NCBI GenBank assembly: GCA_009602725.1
Contig: WELB01000012.1
Span: forward strand, 62,001-126,000
Length of the DNA stretch: 64,000 nucleotides
From: Spirogloea muscicola
Lineage: Eukaryota
Direction: 5' to 3'
Positions 9,993 to 23,613 of this stretch are shown one piece after another. A model generated the notes under the pieces. That model searched no databases, was not told where the DNA came from, and worked only from the letters and a program-made list of their open reading frames with translations. Position 1 is the stretch's first letter, and every line of letters starts with the position of its first letter. The translations under genes were made by a program, and so were the position numbers.

Positions 9993-12900
9993 ATGGCGTC
10001 GCTGCGCCTGGACCGCCTCTGGTGGTGGCTGGCGCTCGCCTCCCTGCTCTGCCTCCTAGCGCACGAGGCCGCGCGGTCAGCCGGGCTCGGCGCTGCCTCT
10101 GCCGCGGAGCTCGAGGGCTTTGGCGAGGAGGCCGACGGCCACGACGAGGACGACGACGGCGACGACGCCGGCCCGCTGGAGCACCGCGCCTATGCGCCAC
10201 CCCTCGCCCACGTACGCTCCGACTCCCACGTAAGGCAAATATTACCCGGCGGCGTGGGTTAAACGTCGTATCTTCTTCGGGCTGCGGTTGTTGGGTCTTG
10301 GTCCCGGCTGGCCATGTGCTATCGTCTGCGCTGCGCCATCTGCATTGGTGCTCAGCAGCTGCTATCCGTGGAGGTCGACCCGCCGGCCCTCCCAGCTCGC
10401 TCTGCCGTGGGCGGATCTCACCTCTGGGAGACGTCTCCTTGGGGTTGCTCAGAGCGACAGGGGGCCTCCAGAGCCTGGCGCACAAAGGGAGGAGGAGCCT
10501 GAGGAAGATGGAGGCCGCAGGCGCACTGAGGGCGTTGCTTGGGATCAGGACGAGTTCGAGGGTGTTCCCGAGGTAAGGCTCGCCACTCACCACCTCACGA
10601 AGCTGTAGAACCAGTGTCAATCTGCCTTTTTTGCTGGTGTGCTGACCTTCTTGAAGCTGTGGTTGGGCAATGGGTTGGTACGTTCTGTCGCTCTTGCAGC
10701 AATTGATCAGCCTTCCCCATGTGGCTCTTCTGCTTGCGCAACCCTTAGTGCTCTAATGGACGCTCCACTGTTACGGGCTGTCCCTGCAGGAAGGTAAAGT
10801 GGCTCAAGACAGCGCACCTTCGACACCAGCTAAGGCAGCTCGGTGAGTCGTTGGTGGCAAGAGTTGGCTACAGACTGGCTGCTGCACAGCTACAACTCTG
10901 AATATCGCTGATGATGCATTAAGAGAGCCTTGTCAATGTTGACGAATTTCCAACTTGGAAGTACATGGCTTTCTCTGGGCATCGGCAGGGCAGGCCTGCC
11001 TCTTCTGATCACATTCCTTCAGAATGTTTACCCTCTCCTTGCCGATGCTCAAGGCCCCAGAGAAGAGCTAGCTCGCCACTTCCAACTGGACCAGAACATT
11101 ACATATTGGAAGCATTGTTTGTCATCTTCCTGGTCTACTACGGTGTGAACTATTACTTTGGCCGCCGGGTGATCATATCAGCATCCCTCTCCCACAGTGC
11201 TTCAGAAAAGTCGAGCTGTACATGCTCCTACTCTAGAGCATGTGCCATTTCCTCGTTGGTCCTCCAAGATATTATGCATTGGATTTTGTTAGCAGGGGCT
11301 GGTGCTTAATGGTCCTGTGCGTCTCTGTTCCTCTTCTGGACATATTCTGAAAGTGCTCTCCTTGAGGTGGAGACTATTGCAGGAGAATGAGAAAATAGCT
11401 TTGGCTTGGGCTCGTCAATATGCTGTTGATGGCGGTATCTTTGAGAAGAATTTCAGCTTGCTCGGAACAGGCGATGGTGACGACGAACCTCTGCTTATGA
11501 AGGTGCTATGGATCCTTCATTCATCTGCTATTCATGCTCTGCTCCAAGCATCCTATGAACAATGTCTAGGTGTTACTCCACGGGCCGTGAGCTACACCTC
11601 ACTTGAGGTGGTCGCACCTTGTGCAGTCAAATTTGGTCCCAACATTTTCCTGAATGCCATGTGACCATAGGAAGGGCAAAGCATTTTCAAGCTCTATGGG
11701 AGTGGTCGTCGCTACTGCGAAAGCATGCTGGCTTCTATGGAGCTGCGCTCTCGGCATGATCTCATCTCTATTCTCTGGTATCAGGCGAGTGCTTGTATGC
11801 ACGTACATTTGGTAGTGATCCGCTTATGCCTGCTAGGAGTCTTGCAAGAGTCTTACAAGTGGCAAATGTAAAGGCAACACAACTTAATGTATTTACTCCA
11901 GCTCGTACTGTATTCTCCAGCTTGTACCAAAGCACGACGAAATCTCGTTTGAGGTATACATGAATGATGAAGACATGGATCCATTTGCCTTCGCAGGTAT
12001 ACATCCTTCGCTTCAGTCAGGCGTTTGATTACTTCCTGTTTGCTGGTAGAAGGTCGACTTTGGATGTGTAGACAAACCAGTCTTGAGTGCAACTCACTCC
12101 TGAGGGCTATGAACCTACTGATAGTTTTGCGCTTGTTTTTGCAGTCTGCAAGAGGAAGACCGTCAGAACAACTCAGAAGGACATCAAGGACTTGAGCCAG
12201 TTTGGGAACATCCTGAACACGGCGGTTCACCCTCGCTGGGCTGCCACTGAGCTTGCTGTCATAACCGAGTCACGAGAAGTGGCAGAGAACATGCTGACGG
12301 ACTTGGTTGTGGACCAGGTCAGTAGCCTCTGGCAAATGTGCATTTATGTTGTCTGTATGCCGCGTCCATATAGGAGGCTTGCCTCTTCCTTAAAGCTATG
12401 AACATCAGAGCTTGGCATGCCGGTTTTGTAGGTGGTGAAGGCATCTCATTGTATGCTTCTGTTACTGTTGTTGGACTGATGTCTACCAGGTCTGGGACCA
12501 AGCAACTGACATTCTTGTAGGGCTACTGTTTTGTGCCTGCCAGCTCTTTGCTGAGAAGAGTTTTGTCAAGTATGGCAGTCGACTTGTTGGCATGCATTTC
12601 ACGGACCAAAGCAGCGGACCTCACAAGAAGGTCCTGAAGTTCAAGTTCAGGCTACCCCGCAAGGATGACATGGGCAGCATATCCAAGCTTATGGCTATTG
12701 TCCCCTTCTTCATTGATCAAGTTGGCCGGTTCCAGCTTTCTGCAAACGTAAGACTGCTTCTACTTTTCCCGGAATCCAGGACCTCAGATATTCTGTAGCA
12801 TAGGCGCGAGAAGAATATATGGCAGGTCATTGTCCTTAATTGCCGCGCTGATCTCCTGTCTGATCATGTTCTGGACTTCCTGATAGCCTATGTTATGTAC

Positions 12901-13150
12901 ATTGCAGGCACGAAGTAAGGCAGAGGCAGCACGCACAGTAGTAGAGAAGGAGGTGTTGAAGGAGAAAGCAACTGAGAGGGCAGAGGCTATACAGAAGAGA
13001 AAAGAGGAGAAGCTGAAAGAAGCAGAAAGGAAGAGGAAAGAAGCAGAGTCAAGATTGTCTCCAGTGGAGAGACAGCGAAGGGAGGAGAGAGAGCGCCAGA
13101 AGCAGCTGAAGAAGTCTCTTCCCAAGCCCAAGCTAGCCAAAGTGCACTGA
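9993..13150 (+). CDS. CCDC47: CCDC47 / DUF1682 ER membrane protein (PAT complex subunit), multi-exon
   Basis: Signal peptide and acidic lumenal region; TM segment LEALFVIFLVYYGVNYYFGRR; ENEKIALAWA; FKLYGSGRRYCESML; MHFTDQ..HKKVLKFKFRLP; C-terminal K/E/R coiled coil. Confidence 0.92.
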
Positions 13151-13574
13151 GCTCTCTCCCATTGCCCATGTGTAGCGTACAGGTACGGTTGTCCTTAATG
13201 AGGACTGGGTGCTGTCACTGTTTATGCAGTTGACTTTACTTTGAGTGATAGTCATTAAAGACGTGGTCGTAGTGCAGCTGTTGCTGTCAGCTTAGTGTAC
13301 AGCACCAGGCCTTGCAGTTGTGATCTAGTTGCTGTCATTTTAGTGTACAGCACCCTTATTCACTGCAGTTGTGATTAGACTAGAAGAAGTTGTACCATGA
13401 AAGCATGCCATGCTGATGCAACTGCAGCATTCCCTCACCATCGCAGCAGCGGACCTTGATGTCAACCTTCGTCAGGTTTCTGATTTTATGCAGTAGAGTT
13501 GCTCTACCAGTGTTTTGGCTTGCAGCAATGTGCAATGTGTACAGCTCAGTACTGATATGTCCTAATAGGCCCTG

Positions 13575-13990
13575 GCAATCTGTCAAATTCAGAACCAGGC
13601 CCAAGATGTGCATGCTACGCAGTTTGTCCTCCTGGATACTTATTCAGAGTGAGAAAGACTGTAGTGATGCTTGCTCGAACATTTGTTTTGGCTTGCAGCA
13701 ATATGAACAAGTCGGGACTTGTATGTCTTATTAGTTACTAGCACTACGTCAGATACCAAATCAGGCCCAAGAGGTGTATCAAATGCACATTGTCCTCCTG
13801 GACATTTATCAAATAGAGACTGCAATGACGCATGACTCTCATATTTAAACAGCTCAGGGCTTGCATGCTTACTCAGTTACTAGCAACTATGTCAGATTCA
13901 AAATCAGGCCCAAGAGGTGTATCGAATGCAGAGTGTCCTCCTGGACAATTGTCAAGAGAGACAGAGACTGCAACGACGCATGACCTTCAT
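13575..13990. repeat. Three degenerate ~110-bp direct repeats between converging genes
   Basis: CAGGCCCAAGA.GTG.AT...TGTCCTCCTGGA...AGACTG core starting near 13575, 13731 and 13873. Confidence 0.8.
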
Positions 13991-14408
13991 TTCGCTTCAC
14001 ACATACACCTCAATTCAAAGCTCATCAATAAATGAAGTGGTGCTCTATACATGACTACGATGACTGCTATTCATGCAACACATCCCCAACTGAGTCAACT
14101 GACCAATGGCCACCAGCTCTCCATAAATTCTCAGATGCAGACAGGGCCTTACTGTGCACTGACGTCCCACCCTTGCTTACGTAGCAAGCAAGCGTCACAT
14201 TGCAGGCCCCCCCAATCATGACAGGGTCCCAGGTGTACCAAAACTCTGTCCGCACATTCCTTCGGATTTGCGAAAGGGCATCTCAAATGCAGATGCTATA
14301 CCAAGTGTCTAAGCTTGTGTCATCAGTGAGAGCAAAAGCAGGCTTTGGTGACTACGCAGTGACCAGTTGCTTGTAAGATCGAAGTTGCTGCACTTATCAC
14401 CTCTTGAG

Positions 14409-15140
14409 CTAAGCATTCTCCACTTCGTCATTCTTGACCTCCAAATCTGGCTCTGCCTCAGCTTTTGCTGCCTCAGGCACCAAGTCAGGCTCATCTGTAA
14501 AGTAAGGACAGGACAGTCAGTATTGACGATGCTGACAGGGGAAATTCTATGAAATTCTATACTGAAGTAGCTCTGATGGTTCACAAGCTCAATGACATTG
14601 CCACCTTTTTCACGAGCCGCATGAATGTACAGGCACCATGCTGTTGTTCCTTTTGACGGGCTTGACACATCAGTAGCACACTAGCTTGACGAAGCACGCT
14701 GTGATTGTGCACGTCAAACAACAAGTGGAGCATTAGGTTCTCAGTCGACCTTCATCGTCGCTGTCGTCACCACCCATGTCACCCATGTCGGCGCCACCAG
14801 CTCCCCCAATATTCTTCATCATCTCGGCCATGTCTAAGCCTCCCATGCCGCCTCCTCCCTTCTCAACATTCCGCCAACACCGACAAGATCAGCACAAGCA
14901 GACCAGCGCTGCAAGGTGCTTCTAAGGCAACATGCTGTCCAGCTATCTTAGCATCGCACATCCAAGTCTAAGTGCAACATGCACTGCAGCTCAATAGGCA
15001 AGTCACAAGTAGACATGCATGAAGACCTACGGACTCAACAGAAGCCCCACTCATCAAGCGAGCGACAGCTCTGTGATCCTGGTGGGCACCAGCCCAACTT
15101 TCCTGTTCAGAGTGATGCTAGACTAGCTCACCCCAAAGTT

Positions 15141-15207
<67 letters not shown>

Positions 15208-16366
15208 TCAAAGTTGTCTGTCACAAGCCGGGAACGTAAGATTAAAGGTCGTAGCCAAAGTGACCGATGACGATTCACATGTGATCCTATATAAGGGGGT
15301 GAGAAGTGTGCCCTAGTTTAACGACACTGATGCTTGTTTGCAGAATTAAGATAGTCCCTCTCGTTCATGCCTGCCTGGAAGCACGTAACTTCTTGCCATC
15401 AACCTGCCAAGGGACCTGAGGCAGAGATCGAGAAGAGCTCCTGACCTGGACCAGCCTCAGCCTCATCATCCTCGTCCACCCACTTGTTCCAGTCCACCTT
15501 GATGAAGGGGGGCATCTTGCCCTCCGCCTTGAGCAGCCTTTTCCACCAGCCGTCCTCCGCCTTCTGCAGCACTGCAAAGGTGTGGCGGAGCCCCTTGCTG
15601 ACCTTGCTCTCCTGCAAGACGACGTAGCGGGAGAAGGTAAGGTGCGGAGTACCTCTTGCGCGTCCTCTGTGGTGCCACAAGATCAGCAGAGGCTTGGGGG
15701 GGCGCCTGCTCCAACTCACGTCTACATTGATGGAACCGAAGAGCTCCAGCTGGGTCTCGAAGAGCTGGTCGTCGGTGCCAGCTTTAGCCGAGTACGAGAA
15801 CCTGCCGTCCGGCTCCAGCTGGACTTGAGGGTCCTTGGCATCGGGAAGCTCGACAGTAAGGAACACCTTGTCCGACCTCTGCGCCCACAGGATCTCCGGG
15901 TGGCGGCTGCACGAGGATCACAGTCAAGGTCTAGGGCTTTAGAAGCAAAGCTTCGGATTGTGGCACCGAGTGCAGCGAAGCAATGAAACCCTTGGCCGGT
16001 ACGGGGGCCAGAGCAGCTGGGCGAGCGAAGCAGAGGGCGCTGTCACCAAGCCCAACACAGCACTAGCGCTCTTGGGCGGCCAAGCATGGCTGCATGCAAG
16101 GCGGCTCGCGCGAGCAAGCTGCTCCAGCTGCCATGTGGAATCTGAAGCCCTTGCATCCGAGCCAGAGAGCCCCAAAACCCGGCCGATGACTGACGTGCAC
16201 AGCGTGCAGGCTCTTGCATCGGAAGAAGCCTCAGCCAGCGGGAAGAGCCCGGGCTGTGCTTGCTATTCGCAGGCCTCTCAAGGAGAAGCGAAGTGCAGTC
16301 GAGACGTGGGCAAGGGGAGGACGAGTCTCAGAAGGAGCGGCGGAAGGAGCGCTGCCATCACCTCAT
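14409..16366 (-). CDS. p23: HSP90 co-chaperone p23 (SBA1/PTGES3 family), multi-exon
   Basis: ATGAG|GT mini-exon at 16366-16362, then SRHPEILWAQRSDKVFLTVELPDAKDP and WWKRLLKAEGKMPPFIKVDWNKWVDEDDE; (GGM)n tail. Confidence 0.93.
15141..15207 (-). repeat. 9-bp coding tandem repeat (ATGGGCGGC)x7 encoding (MGG)n in p23
   Basis: CATGCCGCC repeated on the plus strand. Confidence 0.95.
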
Positions 16367-16922
16367 CTTGCCGCCGCAGCCGCAGCCGACTCCCGCGGCA
16401 GAGAAGACGAAGCCAGCCACCGGCAAGCCCACAAGCGCAGCAGGAGCTGACGCTACTTGGGCCGCAGCAGCAGCGAAGGCGGCGGCGGGGGTCCCGCGCC
16501 TCTCCGGGCGAGCGCGCGCGGCAGGGCCCGGGCGCGGGCGAGGGCGAGGGCTGGGGATCTGGGCGCTGCGGGAGAGGGGAGGGGTTCGAGCCGGGCAGAG
16601 GGTGACAGACGGCCGGCCGCAGTTCGCAGCCGCAGGCGGCGGCGAGCTGCCGCTTGACGGCGTGAGAGCACGCGGGAGGACGAAGATGGAAAGCTCTTCC
16701 CAATGGGGGCCGGGGGCGATGGGGGACGNNNNNNNNNNNNNNNNNNNNNNNNNNNNNNNNNNNNNNNNNNNNNNNNNNNNNNNNNNNNNNNNNNNNNNNN
16801 NNNNNNNNNNNNNNNNNNNNNNNNNNNNNNNNNNNNNNNNNNNNNNNNNNNNNNNNNNNNNNNNNNNNNNNNNNNNNNNNNNNNNNNNNNNNNNNNNNNN
16901 NNNNNNNNNNNNNNNNNNNNNN

Positions 16923-16975
16923 CACTCGTAGCAGACGCGGCAGGCGCGGTCGGGCATCCAGAAGTCGCGCGACAT
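16923..16975 (-). other. Fragment of FAB1/PIKfyve N-terminus (start of FYVE domain) running into the gap
   Basis: MSRDFWMPDRACRVCYE(C) matches the plant FAB1A/B motif SRDFWMPDQSCRVCYEC as remembered. Confidence 0.8.
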
Positions 16976-17039
16976 AGCCGCGGCGGCGGCGACGGCGGCG
17001 GCGGCGCCGGAGGAGGCGGGCGGCGCCGGCGCGTCGCCG

Positions 17040-20000
17040 TGGGACCGCCTGGCCCGCAAGGAGGCCGTCAAGGACGGCGAGCTGAAGCAGGAGCTCCTGG
17101 ACGTCGTCGCGGCGTGCGGCATGGAGGATGAGGACCTGCTTTCCGCCACGTCCGTCATCGTCGGCCTCGTCCACCGGCACGACCACCTGCCGGCGTACCT
17201 CGCCGAGCTGCTCTCCACGGCCGAGCGGGCCCTGCAGGACACTCGCCTGGCCAGCGCGGTCGTGTTGGAGATCGGCAAGACCGACCTGCAGTCCTATGTC
17301 CGAGACTCGAGCGGCGCCAAGAACGTCGGCGCATTCCTCACTGAGCTCGCTGGTAGAGTCCCGCTCCTTCTACCTCTCTCCCCCCTCTTCCCTTGCTCCT
17401 GCTTCCGCCATTGCTTCTCTGCAGTGCTGTCTGCTGACAGTGCCTTTCCGGGCGATGCGCAGAGGTCATGCCGAGGCTGGTTTCCAAACACCTCAGCATC
17501 CTGATGCCTTTCCTGCAGCAGAGCGCCAAGGAGACTTACACACTCCGCAGCGCAGTCGTCCAGGTTGTCGGCAAGCTCATTGTCACCGTCTACAAGGTCA
17601 GCAGAGTTTTCCAAAACTTGGTTCGAGGAAGACCGACGCTGCAGTGACGACCTTGTCTTCCACATGCTTCACGGCCGACCCAGTCTGCTGTTGCTTCAGC
17701 GTGGCACTGTGTGCAAAGTGCAGGAATCAGACGGGACATCGGGGGGCGAGGTTGCAAGGCTGAGGAGTAAGCAGGGGTTACTTGACGTCTTACTCGAGAG
17801 GATTTTCGATTGTTCAGCTTACACCAGAAGCAAGGTCTTGCAGACCTGGACCTACTTATGTGAGAGCTTTGCAGTCCCACTGGGCCACTGGACGAGGGTG
17901 GCTGAGCTTGCTGCAGGCCGCTTGGAGGACAAGGTGGGAGAGGAGACCTGGGAGGCGCATATGGTCTGTCCTTGGACAGCAGGCTGACGAACGTGCCATG
18001 TCCAGGCATTGCTCAGAGGAGCACTACACCAATTTGATGTTTTGCCTTCTGTGACGTGACAGGCAGCCCTTGTACGAAAGAGTGCTCTGCAGCTGCTCAG
18101 GACAATGTTGGAGTTCAACCCTTTTGGAACTCAGCTCAGCACGCCAGTATTTGAAGCCACTCTCGAGCAGTTTCGGCAGCGCTTGGAAGACATGAGCCCT
18201 GCAAGCAAGGAGATCTTGCAGATTGCTGTAGAAGGTGGCCACTATGCCGGAGAAGATCAAGTCGAAGCACTTGAGGTGGTGGTCAAGTCGGAGCCGCGAG
18301 AGGAGGACAAGAGCAACAGGACGGCTGCAGAAGCGACCCAAGCTGTGGCGATTGGCCAATCTCCCTTTCGCTCTGCTCGTTCCTCGTCGGAGCCGGGAAG
18401 TGACACTGTACCTGGGAGCAGCATAGAGGGTTTCACAGTGGAGCAGACCCGGCAGATGGTGGCCTCCCTGGCAGCAGCTTTGCAGGTGGGTCCATTTATG
18501 GTCCTTATCAGATGAACACTACGAGATGATGCCCGGCTCAGAGGCAACCAGCAATGGTCTTGTCAGCTTCTGCCCCAGCTGAGTGCTTTTGCAGGTTCGA
18601 ATGAGTTGTCCAGAAGGACGTGGTGCTCACGAGTAGGTTTAGGTTTGATGTCAGGTACTAGAACCTGACATCTGAGCTGTGTTATACAGCAGTTCAGCAA
18701 GACTTTTTCGGAGTCAATGGTGGTTCTGCAGCAGCTTCTATCCTCAGCAAGCACCACGGATGTCGAGTACACGATCAGCTTATTGATGGCTGCACGGAAG
18801 AGAAAAATCGGTGGTGCGGAGGCATGCTTGCGCAAGATCCTTCCACTGGTACAAACCCTCATCTCTTGCAGCACTGCTGCACTTTGTCGTGCATTCACAG
18901 AGAGCCTTGACTTGCAGCAAAAGCATGGCAGCTACTTGAACATGTGAATGCCTTACTGTGTCCAGGTTTTCTCTCAAGACGACAGCATACGCAAGGCTGT
19001 GGAAGGGGCTGCTGAAGCCCTGTACTTGCAAGGATCACCCACCCAGGTGGCACGCAATCTTGTGCGGCTTACGCAGGGTGCTTCTCTGGGTGACTTGGCT
19101 TCGCTGGAAGTTCTTGTTGCAGACTTCGTCTCGCACGGACAGATCACCTCAACCACGGTACTCTCTCGCCTCTCACATGAGTGCTGGTGTGCTTGGCATG
19201 CCAAGCTGTGTGGTGTTGTACAATGTTAGGATGCATCAAGTTCTGCCTGGAAGTATCACTCTCGTCAGTAGGCTCGAATCGGCTGAGACATGCTTATGTC
19301 ACCATCTTTCAGGTTAATGCTCTCTGGGAGCTATTTGACATGGATTCTCGCAGCACTCAATGTTCAGAGAGCAGAGGGGCTCTGGTGATTCTTGTCATGG
19401 CTGCAAAAGCCAAACCGGAGGTCCTGAGCCGGCACATGGTTGTCCTAGACAAGTGCGCCATCCAACAAAAATTAAGCAAAGACCCTTTGGTCGCTCGATA
19501 TGTTTGCCTGGCTTTGCAGCGGCTTGCTGCCTGTGACAAGGCCACCCTGCAGGCTGGGAACCAGGTATATGCCATTCTCGGCAGCCTTGCGATTGGTAAG
19601 TCCAGGAAAACAGGGGTTCGCGCTATGGCGAGCAAGATTTACAGATTGCATACTAGAATCAGAGTTTCTTGGAGACGCACAGCAAGAGCATGGCTTCTCC
19701 CTGCAGACTGGAGGCAATACTTAATATGCTCAAGAAAGTTGCACTTATGATAAGTACTTGTTATGCTGGACTTGTTCATATCTGAAAAGTGCAGAAGCAC
19801 AGCCTTCGATTTTGCATCTCCTGACGAGCTAAGTCTAGAACATGCTTTTGCAGGCTCTCTAATACCTGACCACATCTGGTATACTACCGCGGAGCAGGCT
19901 ATCAGAGCTATTTATAGCCTCCACCCTATGCCAGAGAAGTTTGCCGGGATGTTGCTTCGCAAAATGGCGAAGTTGGTCTTCAGGGGTCAACATGCAAGCT

Positions 20001-22849
20001 CCTTGGAAGCCGAAGGCATGCCCTTGTACTACAGTCTTATGTCTGTTCCAGTGTGGTGTATGAGTTGCCTCCGCCTGCGATCTGCTGGATTCTTAGCAAG
20101 GATGATCTTGACAGATTGAGCCAACATATATGACATGTTAAGAATCTGTCATCCTGTTCAGGTCATTCCGAGGAGGACTTGATCAAGACTAGCAACGCCG
20201 ATGAGGAAGCAAGAAGCCCCATTGGACCAGAACAAAGTCAAGATGATGATGTTGGCTGCAGCCCACATCATGAGCTTGTTAACTGCAATTCAAAGCAAAT
20301 CAAGGAGGCCAATTCTGGGCCGCTTAGTAAGTTTCTCTTTGCAGTTGGCATGGTGGCCTTGGAGCATCTTGTATATGTGGAGAAGTGCACAAAGTCAGTA
20401 AGGGAACAGCAAGTGCAGAAGGAGAGGTTGGCTGCCCAAGCTGCTTCTGACAACATGGAGAAGCTGTCCTTGCAACCTCCACAACCTCAGGTGCGTGAGT
20501 CGCCTCAACAATCTTCCTTGTCAGATTCATTGCAGACCCCTGCTGTGAATCATGCACTCAATACATGGCATGCAGATTTCTTGACTCCTTCTGTAAAGGG
20601 TATGCATCCACTCAATCAAGGCTGCATCAAAGCCAGCCTACTGTTGATCACAAGATTGGTCAACTTTGTAACAAGTCAGCTTCCGCTGCAATTGAAAGTG
20701 CTGCAGGCCGGTGGCATTGCCGAGGAGCTTGGCTTGGGCTCCACGTCTGCAGACGCAGCTCTGGATGAGCTTCAAGAAAGAGCTGAGAAGGACATCGCGT
20801 CAGCATTCAGCGGAAGGTGCTACCTGTTAGGCACCATAGCTCCGCTGGTCGTCCGCATTGCAAGAAGCACACGGCTACTACAGCAGGTTGCCTTTGAGCC
20901 CTTCAAGCTTCGTGTTATATTTGCTTTAACCTGGAGAGTCAAGGGAGTGGGGGATCACGGTCTAGCGGCCAACTGACAAGGACCTTGGAGACCTCCAAGG
21001 CAGTGTGCCTATGCATGCCCGCCATTGCTGGCAGTTTCTGGATGAGGATGCTTCGCTTGGTCGCTCCACAAAGCTTCATGCAAGTGACCTGCTCTGCTGG
21101 CTCCTGATCCTCCCAGCTTGATTCGTTGCAGCAACCACTACTGAGGTCTTCTGTGATACTGGCCCTCAGCAAACTCATGGCTGTGGATGCTGTCCTGTGG
21201 TAAGGTCAAGCATCACAGCACATGTAGACTTTAAACTCAAGCTTGGCTCCAGGACTGAAGATAACTCCAGTTCGGGATGACATGGCTGTTCCAAAGACCT
21301 CACAAATCAGTGATCATTGTCATTGCAGTGAGGCGAATTTGCAGCTACTATTCACAGTGGTGCAAAATGCTTCTGAAGACTCCATTCGCTCGAATGGGGT
21401 CATAGCTATTGGCGACCTGGCATTCCGCTTCCCGAACCTTCTCGAACCGTGGACAGAGCATATTTATCAGCGACTAAGTGACACGTCTTCAACCGTGCGC
21501 AAGAACACAGTCCTGGTGCTCACCCACCTGATCCTCAATGACATGATGAAGGTAATTGCTCAAAGGCATCCGCCTTGCCTGCCAATTGCGCCTGTTGCAC
21601 ATGTTGGTCCTGTATATAACTGTGAAGCTATCATCACAGGTGTTGAAGCTTAAGGTCATGTGTCGTGGTTTTGATGGAGGATAGTCATCTTCGGCACTTA
21701 TCAACAGAGTGAAAGGGGTTTGGCAGGTGAAGGGCCACATTAGCGAGATGGCTTTGCGCCTTGAGGACCCAGATCCACGTATAGGTGATCTTGTGCGCCT
21801 CTTCTTCTGCGAGCTTTCTAAGAAGGGTGAGCGGACCTGCTTTCTTCCTAGCAATTGGTGATGCTTCCACAATGGCATAACAGCACAGCTCACTCGTGCA
21901 TGAGGTTATCTTGAGATTCTTCACTTCAGACATCGGTCGCACACCATGTCTTGACCAATTGGCACACGGTGCAGGCAACAACCCAATCTACAACCTCCTC
22001 CCAGACATGTTGAGCCACTTGTCGTCCATCGCCGACCTCCCCCAAGAGACGTTCCAGAGCGTGATGCAATTCCTCATCAGCAACGTCAAGAAAGACAAGC
22101 AGATGGAGGGCCTGGTGGAGAAGTTGTGCAGCAGATTCGCAAACACCCGTGGTGAGCTCGTCACACTCGTACATACTGGTGATGTGTTCGTGTTTTCGTG
22201 CTGCTAGTTGCTGCTTCGTGAGTGGTCTGTGCCCTCTGCCTCTTATCCTTCCTATGCACCATGACGAAGACGGTCGGACTAGACCTTGACGGTCTGCTGT
22301 TGGCTATTCACATTGCTAAGAGGCTCCGCCCATGGAAGAAGTCACCACCCTTTCAGGTGACTGACATCCGAGAGCCGAAGTGAATGAGGGACGACTGACA
22401 GAATTTGCTTGCTGCCGTGTCAAGACGTTCGGCAATGGCGGGACATTGCGTTCTGCATATCCATGCTCCAGCTGACGGAGAGGAGTGTGAAGAAGATGCT
22501 GGAGCTGTTCAAGTGCTACAAGGACGCGCTCGCAGATGCCCAAGTGCTGGAGCGGTTCAGGAGCACGCTGGCCAAGGTCAGTCGACAAGCAGAGCCTTGC
22601 ACCGCTCGGCCATGCGGGAGCGGAGGGACGCGAGCCCGGAGAGCTCGTTGCGTGTGGGCTGACGGCGGCTGGCGGGGGTGGTGGCAGGCTCGGAAGTTCG
22701 CGAAGCCGGAGGTGCGCGCGGGCGTGGAGGAGCTGGAGGAGAAGCTGGGGCGGCGGGAGGCGGAGACGGGCGAGGAGGCCGCGGCCGCGGCGTGGGCAGC
22801 ATCAGCCGCGTGCGTACGGGCCGAGGAGGCGGCACCAGCCGCCGGCTGA
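17040..22849 (+). CDS. NCAPD2: Condensin I HEAT subunit CAP-D2 (Cnd1/Ycs4), 5' part missing
   Basis: RDSSGAKNVGAFLTELA; AYTRSKVLQTW; AAGRLEDK; LEFNPF; Cnd1 motif IRSNGVIAIGDLAFRFPNLLEPWTEHIYQRLSD..VRKNTVLVLTHLILNDMMKVKG; NPIYNLLPD. Confidence 0.95.
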
Positions 22850-23613
22850 GCGATTTTAGATGGAGGCCCCGGCGGCCCGTGGGGCCCGCCGGCCCAAGGG
22901 GGGCACGACGCGGGACATGGCCGGGCATTGATGAGGTCGAGCGCGTCAAAACACAAGCCCGGGGCAAGGGGACGCGCGTGCTCCGGCCGGGGGGGGGCAG
23001 GTGGCGTCGGGCGGGCGGGCGGCGGGGGCGGAGAAGCGGGCGGANNNNNNNNNNNNNNNNNNNNNNNNNNNNNNNNNNNNNNNNNNNNNNNNNNNNNNNN
23101 NNNNNNNNNNNNNNNNNNNNNNNNNNNNNNNNNNNNNNNNNNNNNNNNNNNNNNNNNNNNNNNNNNNNNNNNNNNNNNNNNNNNNNNNNNNNNNNNNNNN
23201 NNNNNNNNNNNNNNNNNNNNNNNNNNNNNNNNNNNNNNNNNNNNNNNNNNNNNNNNNNNNNNNNNNNNNNNNNNNNNNNNNNNNNNNNNNNNNNNNNNNN
23301 NNNNNNNNNNNNNNNNNNNNNNNNNNNNNNNNNNNNNNNNNNNNNNNNNNNNNNNNNNNNNNNNNNNNNNNNNNNNNNNNNNNNNNNNNNNNNNNNNNNN
23401 NNNNNNNNNNNNNNNNNNNNNNNNNNNNNNNNNNNNNNNNNNNNNNNNNNNNNNNNNNNNNNNNNNNNNNNNNNNNNNNNNNNNNNNNNNNNNNNNNNNN
23501 NNNNNNNNNNNNNNNNNNNNNNNNNNNNNNNNNNNNGGGCCGACGGCGGCCCGCCTCTGCCCGCCTCGCCGCTGTTCCCCGCGCGGCGGAGAGGAGGGGC
23601 GGCCGCGGCGCGG

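Noticed and set aside
9659..10576. 305-aa and overlapping antisense ORFs
   Set aside because: Shadow frames across element tips and the GC-rich first exon of CCDC47.
16690..16712. Possible family A tip (GCTCTTCCCAATGGGGGC) upstream of p23/CAP-D2
   Set aside because: Only about 18 nt and imperfect; consistent with the promoter pattern but not counted.
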